Assembly: GCA_048886185.1 (NCBI GenBank)
Contig: JBHLKY010000021.1
Coordinates: 36,886-59,628 of the forward strand
Length of the DNA stretch: 22,743 bases
Direction of reading: 5' to 3'
DNA from: Candidatus Hermodarchaeota archaeon
Lineage (GTDB): Archaea; Asgardarchaeota; Heimdallarchaeia; Hodarchaeales; Hodarchaeaceae
Shown: positions 9,122 to 16,530 of the stretch, piece by piece
Layout of the letters: every line of letters begins with the position of its first letter
Position numbering within the stretch: the stretch's first letter is position 1
Notes under the pieces: model-generated
What the model saw: the letters and a program-made list of their open reading frames with translations, nothing else
Databases searched by the model: none
Told to the model about the DNA's origin: nothing
Program-made: the position numbers and the translations under genes

Positions 9122-10504
9122 TTACAAATCTAAAAATACCATTTTTATTGATAATATGCCTACAACAAGAATAACAACTATAAGGCCTTCTACCAGAAAT
9201 AAAACAGCTATACGCGTGAATGCTATGGATCCAATCAAATTATTTTGAGTAACTGTTAATATTTCAAGATTATCTCCTCTATAAGTATGGTTCCATTGAA
9301 TGACACCAGATTCATCGGTTTTTACTAAATATATGTCATATCCACCTTCAGATGAGTCAATGTGTCCTGCAAGGGCGAAATCCCTATTTGAAGTTAGGGT
9401 CATGGTGCCATCCCCCATATTGCCATAACTTTGGTTCCACTGGATAATTCCTGATGGATCGGTTTTCACTAGGCACAACCCTCCAGCCTCGAAGGCAAAA
9501 CCTCCATCGTGAGTTTGAACCATAACGTCTATACGACTCCACTCCTCACCAAATTCCCCATATGTCTGGTTCCATTGGATGACTCCAGTTGGGTCTGTTT
9601 TCACCAACCATGTGCTAGTATGAAGACATATGCCATGAGATATTCCCTTCGTAGCACCTGCGAGAGCAAATCCTCCATCCTTAGTTTGGATTAAATCAGT
9701 AGTGGCATCATAATCTGTTCCTCCGTAAGTTTGGTTCCATTGGAAATCACCATTCAGATCAATTTTCACCAGCCACATATCATTCCCTCCTGCTCCGAAT
9801 GAATCAGTAGCACTCGCGATGGCAAATCCTCCATCCGTGGTCTGAACTAAAGAAGGAGCACTATTGCAATCAATTTTTTCATAGGTTTGAGTCCATTGGG
9901 TTACTCCATTGGAGTCAGTTTTCACTAGCCACATTTCATTTACATCACCAGCATCATTTGGCCAGTCGTAGCCCGTAATGGCAAATCCACCATCCGTAGT
10001 TTGGACAAGGGAAACATCAGTAGTACGATCCGCAGGATCTGTGAAAGTCTGACACCATAGAATAACTCCGTTTTTGTCTGTTCTCACCAATAAATGACCT
10101 CCAGCAATGGCAAAACCTCCATCTGCAGTTTGAATAATGGCAGAATGAGGATCAAAATTATAAGCCTGGTTCCAAAGGGGTATTCCGTTAGCATCGATTT
10201 TCATCAACCACAAGTAACCACGACCAAAATTTTCAGAATAATAATGAATGAAATCCCCTGCCATGACAAAACCCCCATCTATGGTCTGGAAAAGTGTTTG
10301 TATATAATATTGTCTTGACCTTCCTCCATTAAACACTTCAGGATTTGTGTCCTCCCCAGGGAGTAGGGGGGGGAAAAAGAATGAGAAAACTAAAATAAAA
10401 ATGATCGAGCTTCTTCTACGGAAAAAATTGCGTGGCTTTGAAGGATTTCTTCGGCAATGAGGTTGGAATAATGTATTCTTTCGGAGTCTAAGATTCCAAG
10501 TCAT
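9122..10504 (-). CDS. Membrane-anchored surface protein with seven QTxDGGF...WLVKTD.NG..QWNQTY repeats (probable 7-bladed beta-propeller)
   Basis: 460 aa. A basic N-region and hydrophobic stretch are followed by seven 40-55 aa repeats and a C-terminal TM helix. The start overlaps the upstream stop codon (ATGA at 10504-10501). Confidence 0.85.
   Translation of the reverse strand: MTWNLRLRKNTLFQPHCRRNPSKPRNFFRRRSSIIFILVFSFFFPPLLPGEDTNPEVFNGGRSRQYYIQTLFQTIDGGFVMAGDFIHYYSENFGRGYLWLMKIDANGIPLWNQAYNFDPHSAIIQTADGGFAIAGGHLLVRTDKNGVILWCQTFTDPADRTTDVSLVQTTDGGFAITGYDWPNDAGDVNEMWLVKTDSNGVTQWTQTYEKIDCNSAPSLVQTTDGGFAIASATDSFGAGGNDMWLVKIDLNGDFQWNQTYGGTDYDATTDLIQTKDGGFALAGATKGISHGICLHTSTWLVKTDPTGVIQWNQTYGEFGEEWSRIDVMVQTHDGGFAFEAGGLCLVKTDPSGIIQWNQSYGNMGDGTMTLTSNRDFALAGHIDSSEGGYDIYLVKTDESGVIQWNHTYRGDNLEILTVTQNNLIGSIAFTRIAVLFLVEGLIVVILVVGILSIKMVFLDL
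9275..10300 (-). repeat. Intragenic tandem protein repeats (7 units, consensus LVQTxDGGFAIAG-x-WLVKTDxNGxIQWNQTYG)
   Basis: Visible in the translation and as recurring DNA, e.g. gcaaatcc(t/a)ccatc and tggttcca(t/c)tgg. Boundaries are approximate. Confidence 0.85.
10366..10373 (-). repeat. C8 homopolymer tract (G8 on + strand) at the end of the signal-peptide region of the propeller gene
   Basis: The minus strand reads TTC CCC CCC CTA. This is the longest G/C run I found in this AT-rich window; others reach 6. Confidence 0.8.
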
Positions 10505-10974
10505 CTTTCGCTCATCTCCTTAATCTTCTTGAACAAAAGATCACTGAGATCGGTGGGACGGAGGCTTTTATTGGGTATTTTGATATTTCTCTCTTTAAAT
10601 TCCTGGATCAATGTCTCTCTACAATCACTAAATTCCTCACAGCTCGTACAGTCTCCTTTGTGTTCGTACCATACCTGTAAGCCGTTTTTAGGGGAAAAGG
10701 TTATATGAGCTGAAATGTTGAAAATGTGACTATGTCCTTGGGCAATTCCCAGTTCACTATTAATGAAAACAAGCTTGATTTTATTCATTCTCGCCGCTTC
10801 CTCCAACATTCCCCTAATTCTTTTGTTTGCTTCCTTGATGGATCTACTCACATACCCTGGATCCACATCTATTCGTTCTGCTATCTCTCTTCCCGTTAAT
10901 TTGTTCCGTTTCAAAGCCCAAATAGTTATCTGACTTTCAGTCGGAGGTTTATGTTTATGTGAAAATGAAAACAT
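10501..10974 (-). CDS. HTH DNA-binding protein with a C-terminal His/Cys cluster (putative metal- or redox-sensing transcriptional regulator)
   Basis: N-terminal HTH pattern: TESQITIW...LTGREIAERIDVDPGYVSRSIKEA. The C-terminal WYEHKGDCTSCEEFSDC carries H, CxxC and a third C. Confidence 0.8.
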   Translation of the reverse strand: MFSFSHKHKPPTESQITIWALKRNKLTGREIAERIDVDPGYVSRSIKEANKRIRGMLEEAARMNKIKLVFINSELGIAQGHSHIFNISAHITFSPKNGLQVWYEHKGDCTSCEEFSDCRETLIQEFKERNIKIPNKSLRPTDLSDLLFKKIKEMSER

Positions 10975-10995
10975 GGTTGACTATTATTGTCAACC
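10975..10995. promoter_or_regulatory. Palindromic operator 1: GGTTGAC-N7-GTCAACC
   Basis: Perfect 7-bp inverted arms directly abut the start codon of the HTH gene. Confidence 0.75.
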
Positions 10996-10998
10996 CCT

Positions 10999-11006
10999 CT
11001 TATAAA
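10999..11006 (-). promoter_or_regulatory. TATA box (TTTATAAG) for a probably leaderless HTH-propeller transcript
   Basis: The minus strand reads TTTATAAG, ending 25 nt upstream of the ATG at 10974. This is the usual archaeal TATA-to-start spacing. Confidence 0.65.
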
Positions 11007-11026
11007 GTTGACTATGACAGTCAACT
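11006..11026. promoter_or_regulatory. Palindromic operator 2: AGTTGAC-N7-GTCAACT
   Basis: Same GTTGAC/GTCAAC arms and 7-nt spacer as operator 1, offset by 31 bp. It covers the expected BRE position of the minus-strand promoter. Confidence 0.75.
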
Positions 11027-11238
11027 ATTATTTTTCAAATCAAAAAAAGAAAATTTTGGCGATTTTTATTACATTATTTAATTGAGAAACTTAATTAGAA
11101 TTTGGGTATATTCATCAATTATTGCATGACGGGGAAAATAATTCACTTTTTTATCGAATTTTCTTGTTGAACTTCAAAAGGTTCTCGAGAATTGGGCTAT
11201 TTGAAACCATTGTAAAATCTTAAGGAAAAAAGGAGAAC

Positions 11239-12204
11239 TTACCATAAATCAGTACTTAAATACTTAAGCCCTGAATCAGGGAGTACCACAAACACTGTTT
11301 TTCCTTCTAACGGTCCATTTAAGAGTTGGATTGCTCCATGAACATTAGCACCAGAAGAAGGGCCAGCAAAAATCCCTTCTTCTTTAGCTAAGCGTCTTAC
11401 AGTGATATAAGCTTCCTCATCTGTCACCTGTAAAGTTCCATCAATAGAAATATCCTTGAGAAATTTCAAAGCTGACATTGAATACCCCCCTCCTTGTATT
11501 TTATGATCCCCTTTATTTAGAACTTTTTTCCCTGCTATAATAGCAGCATTTGCAGGCTCAATTATATAACACTGGATATTTGGATTAAATTCCTTAAAAG
11601 CTTTACATAATCCTGCAAATGTTCCTCCCGTACCCATAAAATCGCAGAAAGCATCAAAAGACCCATTGGTTTGTTGGATGATTTCTTTTGAAGCACGAAA
11701 ATACCACGTATTGAAATTTCCGTTTGAATTGAATTGATCACATCTAAACGCTTCACGTTCTTTTGCTATACGATTTGCTTCTTGTTCTACTAATTCTAAG
11801 GATTCTCCAGAAACTGTCCCTGTTCTTGATCCTGGAGCTTGCTCAACAAGAATAACTTCAGCCCCCAAAGCTCTCATCATACGAACTCTTTCGTCTGTAT
11901 TCCCCTTACTCATTACTGCGACAAATGGATATCCCTTATGTCCACACACAATTGCTAATCCCGTTCCTGTATTACCACTGGTCATTTCTACAACAGTTTG
12001 ATTTGGTTTTAAGGTGCCTGATTGTTCTGCCTCTTCAATCATTTCTAAGGCTATTCTATCTTTTTTAGAGAAACCAGGGTTCAGATAATCTAATTTAGCT
12101 AATATTCTCCCATTTAAATTCTTTGTCAAACGAGTTAAATCGACAATTGGTGTGTTTCCAATTACATCCAAGACTGATTTGTAAATTCTTAAACCACGAT
12201 CCAT
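11239..12204 (-). CDS. Cysteine synthase / cystathionine beta-synthase family PLP-dependent enzyme
   Basis: IGNTPIV, the PLP-lysine motif NPGFSKKDR, the substrate loop TSGNTG, the phosphate loop GTGGT, HKIQGGG and GPSSGA. The start is placed at MDRGL (12204) because the ORF-track extension to 12285 overlaps the upstream gene. Confidence 0.9.
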   Translation of the reverse strand: MDRGLRIYKSVLDVIGNTPIVDLTRLTKNLNGRILAKLDYLNPGFSKKDRIALEMIEEAEQSGTLKPNQTVVEMTSGNTGTGLAIVCGHKGYPFVAVMSKGNTDERVRMMRALGAEVILVEQAPGSRTGTVSGESLELVEQEANRIAKEREAFRCDQFNSNGNFNTWYFRASKEIIQQTNGSFDAFCDFMGTGGTFAGLCKAFKEFNPNIQCYIIEPANAAIIAGKKVLNKGDHKIQGGGYSMSALKFLKDISIDGTLQVTDEEAYITVRRLAKEEGIFAGPSSGANVHGAIQLLNGPLEGKTVFVVLPDSGLKYLSTDLW

Positions 12205-12265
12205 AATTCTATAAAACTCCAAATGATCTTTATTTTGACAAATAAGCAATTTAAAATTGTAAATT

Positions 12266-13075
12266 TTAGCTTTTAAGAAATTCAATTAGAGCTTGAGTAT
12301 ACTCATCACTCATAATTAGATAAGGGAAATGATTTGCCTTTTTTCTAAATTTCTTTACAGAAGCTTGGGGATATGTCTTTTTTAATTCATCTTGCAGTTG
12401 CTTGGGTACCAATGGATCCTCTATTGTTTCTATGATCAGTATTTGATTTGTTGGAGATTTATTGATGATATCGTTTGTAATGAAGCTCTTTAATCGCGCC
12501 ATCAATATCTCTTTTGTTAAATGCTGCTCTAATTGTACAAAAAGATAATCACGGGTTTGATCATGTTCAATTGACTTTAATCCTTTTTTCATGAACCTTT
12601 TTATCAGAAAGTTGGGTATAAATTTTTCAATCATCAGTAATTTTTTATATTTCTGGTTATAAAGGTGCGTAGTAATAAATGTATTTGAAAGAACAAGTTT
12701 TTGAACTATTGCTGCATAATTGAAAGAAAAAAATTAGGCCAAGTACCCTCCAAACGATGTCCCAACTAATACTATTTCCTTTATTCCACATCTAATGAGT
12801 ATTTCATAAATTCCTTTCGATAATTTGTCAAGTCCAATTATAGGAGGAAGATCGAAACTTACTATACGATTTGTTTTCATTAATGACTGCATTTGAATCC
12901 AAAAGATATCTTTACTTCCTGTAGTACCATGTAAAAAAACTATGGCGAAATCTGACTCTAATTTTCCCAAATCATAATATTGCCATTTCACATGATTTAG
13001 GATAACTTCATTAGTTTCATGTTGTTGCTGAAACGATCTTAGATCTTCTATAGACCAAGACATTTCATTCCACAT
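12266..13075 (-). pseudogene. Maspardin-like alpha/beta hydrolase interrupted by one in-frame TAA (12736-12734)
   Basis: ORF-track pieces 12734..13075 and 12266..12634 are in the same frame. Reading through gives GTSFGGYLA*FFSFNYAAIVQKLVLSNTFITTHLYNQKYKKLLMIEK with no other stop, 269 codons in total. Confidence 0.85.
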
Positions 13076-13103
13076 CCTCTAAGACTGAATGATAAATTTT
13101 TTA

Positions 13104-13607
13104 CTAGCGCCAACTTATTCGTTGGCAATTTGAATCCCGTAGTACTTTATTCAATTCCCCAATATGGTGCATATTGTGTCTTAATAAATATATCATCTTT
13201 TCTAAAACAAAAAGGTTTCCCTGATCAAAACTATCAACTTTAAAAAAATCGTCATCCGTAGAGGTGTTTAGAATAACCAGAATTCTATTCTCTATCTCCT
13301 CAAGATATGGTAAAAGAGACTCTTTTGTTATATTAGATAACTTCCTATTAATTTCATCTTCAGAATTTGTTTCCCAATTGATCCCTGCTCGTTCTCCCCA
13401 ATTCATACCTATAGGTGTATCACGGCTATAAAATTCAGCAGTTTCAATTATATGGAATACATTCCATGAATAGGACCAATCGTTTATTTTTGTAAACCAA
13501 TTCTCTTCAGTAATATTTTCAAGAGCTTGTCGTAACATATTCCAGCTATTTTGGAATTCCTTAGCTAATATTGAGCCTATTTTTTTTTCTGGTTTTAGGT
13601 TGTTCAT
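13104..13607 (-). CDS. DinB/YfiT superfamily four-helix-bundle protein
   Basis: Typical length (167 aa). An N-terminal His (VFHIIE) and C-terminal LLRHNMHHIGEL form the metal triad. An AGGTGA RBS lies upstream. Confidence 0.85.
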   Translation of the reverse strand: MNNLKPEKKIGSILAKEFQNSWNMLRQALENITEENWFTKINDWSYSWNVFHIIETAEFYSRDTPIGMNWGERAGINWETNSEDEINRKLSNITKESLLPYLEEIENRILVILNTSTDDDFFKVDSFDQGNLFVLEKMIYLLRHNMHHIGELNKVLRDSNCQRISWR

Positions 13608-13713
13608 GCTTAATCACCTTTAAGTTCACCTTTCAATTTACTTTATGAAAACTTGCCTCTTTCAAAGTGTTTTTAATTCAATGAAAAATTATTTTGTTCA
13701 CTGAGGCATATTA

Positions 13714-14526
13714 GTGTATATTAATACTCATTTCCATCTAGATGATCCTTGGTTAAAGGGAAACCAAAGACGTCAAGAAGTAATTCAAGATATTGATAAA
13801 AATCAGATTCTTACTTTTGCTCAATCATGTAGTATCCCCTCGTATAAGAATATTTTATCTTATTCAAATCAATCAAGATTTATTTTCCCATCCTTCGGTA
13901 TTCTTCCTTGGTATGCCCATGAGTGCATAGATAGCCTTGATGAAGTAGCAAAGCTTTGTGATGAAGCAATGATGTTAGGGGAGGTAGGATTAGATGAAAG
14001 AAACGCTCGTGATAAAGCCTGCATTCCTCATCAACGTCCCCTCTTTAAGATATTTTTAGAATTTGCAGAAAAAAGGAACATGTTAATGAATCTCCACTTT
14101 CGTGGAACTGAAGAAGAAGGGCTTAATCTGCTAAAATCCTATAATATTAAGAAAGCTATCTTTCATTCATATTCAGGTACGTTAAAATTAATGGAACAAA
14201 TCACGGACCAAGGATATTATTACTCTATTGGACTTACAAGTCTTTTATTGCATCGTATGAAAAATGAAAGAAAAAATCTCTTTATTGAAAAAGTTAAGAG
14301 AATTCCTGAGGATTTACTGGTTCTAGAAGTCGATGAATTACCAACAATAGAATGGTTCAAGATGGACTTCGAACTGAATTCAACTTTATTTCCTAAGATT
14401 ATCAAATCAGTAGCAGAAATAAGAAATAGTACTCCAGAAGAAATTAAATCCCTTTGTCATAGAAATGTGTTGAATCTTATAGGCAACGATTCAAAGCTAA
14501 AAGAAGCCAGAAAAATCCTTAATTAA
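13714..14526 (+). CDS. tatD: TatD family metal-dependent hydrolase/DNase
   Basis: NTHFH (canonical DxHxH), GILPW, GEVGLD, LHFRG, FHSYSG and LVLEVD. GTG start with GAGG upstream. Confidence 0.88.
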   Translation: MYINTHFHLDDPWLKGNQRRQEVIQDIDKNQILTFAQSCSIPSYKNILSYSNQSRFIFPSFGILPWYAHECIDSLDEVAKLCDEAMMLGEVGLDERNARDKACIPHQRPLFKIFLEFAEKRNMLMNLHFRGTEEEGLNLLKSYNIKKAIFHSYSGTLKLMEQITDQGYYYSIGLTSLLLHRMKNERKNLFIEKVKRIPEDLLVLEVDELPTIEWFKMDFELNSTLFPKIIKSVAEIRNSTPEEIKSLCHRNVLNLIGNDSKLKEARKILN

Positions 14527-14563
14527 TCTGAAACGATTTTTTTATGATCGGATAAATTTAGAG

Positions 14564-15046
14564 ATGAATACAATAATGGAAAAATACACTCAAGATTATA
14601 TTTGGGAGAAAATTCGTTTGATTAGACTGAGTTGGAGAGACCCTGAGAGATTACATACCTTACTCGATGATTGGGAAAGTAATTTTGGTGATAAATATCA
14701 TCAATTAGCAGAAGAATTAGTGGCAAAACATACTTATTCTACTTGGTCAAAATATTCCTCCCAAAAAGAGAAATTATCTTTAGATAACTTGATTCAGTAT
14801 CTCTGGGAACAATGGACTGAAGGTGAATTTACCATCGAACGAAATAAAACAGAAGTACAAGTATATTGTACAAAATGTCCAATAGCAGATGCTTATCGAT
14901 CAATTAACAAAGAAAAGTATGGATTACTTTTTCATTGCAGTGAGGATCCTTTCATTGTCAAAGGATATAATCCTAAAATAAAATTTAGGCGTACAAAAAC
15001 ACTTATGAATTCTGATGAATATTGTGATCATCATTATTCTTTATAA
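14564..15046 (+). CDS. L-2-amino-thiazoline-4-carboxylic acid (ATC) hydrolase-like protein
   Basis: Characteristic Cys pattern: CTKCPIA...LFHCSEDP...NPKIKFRRTKTLM..DEYCDH. The true function of this family member is uncertain. Confidence 0.8.
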   Translation: MNTIMEKYTQDYIWEKIRLIRLSWRDPERLHTLLDDWESNFGDKYHQLAEELVAKHTYSTWSKYSSQKEKLSLDNLIQYLWEQWTEGEFTIERNKTEVQVYCTKCPIADAYRSINKEKYGLLFHCSEDPFIVKGYNPKIKFRRTKTLMNSDEYCDHHYSL

Positions 15047-15121
15047 TATAACAGAGGGGATTTGAGGTTTTTTAATAAGTTTTTTTTCCAAATTATTCTA
15101 AAAATAATCAAGGTAATTGAG

Positions 15122-16462
15122 ATGTTTTTGAAAGACGAACTTGAAGCTTTTTATGGAAAACGACCAAAATCAAAAAAATTATGGGAAAAGTCATTACAAG
15201 TGTTACCAGGAGGGATTTCGCATAATATAAGAAATTTTGGACTTCCTTCTATTGGAGCATTTCCTCCATTTATTCGTTCTGCAGATGGCGCAATGATAAC
15301 AGATATTGATGAGAATGAATACATTGATTGTTGGAATGGGCATTTTGCGATGATTCTAGGTCACAATCATCCTGAAATTCAAAAGATTATTGAAAAACAT
15401 TCAAAATATGGATGGCATTTTGGAACAAACACTGAAAATCAAGTTAAATTAGCAGAAACACTTATTCATGATAATGAGAGTATTGATAAGGTTCGATTTT
15501 GTACTAGTGGTACCGAAGCTACAATGTATGCTATCAGATTAGCGCGAGCATTCACTAACAGAAGGTTGATAGCAAAGGCAAAGCTTGGCTGGCATGGAGC
15601 AAATGATACCCTATTTTATGATGTTGGTGGTCTTATTGTTGGAAAAGATACCCCTGGCATCTTAGAACAAGATGAAGCAGGAGTAATGTCTTTTCAAATA
15701 AACAGCAATGAAGTATTTGATTTCATTCAAAAAAATGCATCCAAGCTTGCTGCAGTGATTTTGGAACCTGTTCTAGGAGGAGGGGGTGGATTTCCTGTAG
15801 ACACTGATTTTATGATGAGATTGAGAGAAGAAACAAGTAAAAATGATATTCTATTGATCTTTGATGAAGTGATTACAGGATATAGATTTACTTATGGATT
15901 ATTTCAGAATAAGCTCAAGATTTTTCCAGATCTAACAACCATGGGAAAAATTATTGGAGGGGGGTTCCCAGTTGGAGCTGTTGGTGGACGCAAAGACATT
16001 CTCGAACAAGCAATCCCTCAATCAAAAAATCAGGTGTTGATAGGTGGTGGTACTTTTTCAGGATTCCCTCTTAGTATGGCTACAGGATTAAAGACTTTAG
16101 AATTATTAAGAAAATCAGTTAAAGAATACCAGCGTATTAATACTGAAGGGACTAAACTTCAATATAAATTGAATCAATTTTTAAATGACCAAAAGATACC
16201 GATTGTTGTAACAGGCTTCAACTCAATAGTGATGCTTCATGTTCTATCCAAGTGGGTAGAAGAACCTACAATCAACGACATCATTGAACTGACGGAACGA
16301 AAACGTGAATCACTACTCCAACTTGCATTATTCAATCGCCATATCATTGGATTACATGGTTTAGGCTCTTTATCAATGGCTCACACACAATCCCAGGTTC
16401 TTTATCTTCAACAAACAGTAGAGGAAATCGCCAAACCTGTTACCAAATCACCTATAGTATGA
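15122..16462 (+). CDS. Class III PLP aminotransferase, glutamate-1-semialdehyde aminomutase (HemL)-like
   Basis: YIDCW...ILGH, RFCTSGTEATMYAIRLAR, FDEVITGYR and the PLP-lysine motif TMGKIIGGGFPVG. The start is placed at the ATG at 15122 (AGGT upstream) rather than the TTG at 15062. Confidence 0.88.
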   Translation: MFLKDELEAFYGKRPKSKKLWEKSLQVLPGGISHNIRNFGLPSIGAFPPFIRSADGAMITDIDENEYIDCWNGHFAMILGHNHPEIQKIIEKHSKYGWHFGTNTENQVKLAETLIHDNESIDKVRFCTSGTEATMYAIRLARAFTNRRLIAKAKLGWHGANDTLFYDVGGLIVGKDTPGILEQDEAGVMSFQINSNEVFDFIQKNASKLAAVILEPVLGGGGGFPVDTDFMMRLREETSKNDILLIFDEVITGYRFTYGLFQNKLKIFPDLTTMGKIIGGGFPVGAVGGRKDILEQAIPQSKNQVLIGGGTFSGFPLSMATGLKTLELLRKSVKEYQRINTEGTKLQYKLNQFLNDQKIPIVVTGFNSIVMLHVLSKWVEEPTINDIIELTERKRESLLQLALFNRHIIGLHGLGSLSMAHTQSQVLYLQQTVEEIAKPVTKSPIV

Positions 16463-16530
16463 TAATAGTCATCTGATATGAAAAGTGGTAATTTTCAAGA
16501 TAGAAGTTATCTCTGCTTAGCTTTAGCTCT

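Noticed and set aside
9275-10300. Recurring DNA words that might suggest a CRISPR array or transposon repeats
   Set aside because: The repeats are degenerate at third codon positions and lie within one open frame, so they are protein repeats.
10400-10440. Twin-arginine (Tat) signal in the propeller protein (FFRRRSS)
   Set aside because: It does not fit S/T-R-R-x-F-L well and is better read as a basic N-region of a Sec signal or anchor.
12734-12736. Stop-codon recoding (Sec, Pyl, or TAA read as Gln)
   Set aside because: Sec uses TGA and Pyl uses TAG. TAA ends tldD, pmbA, the methyltransferase and other genes here, so it is not reassigned.
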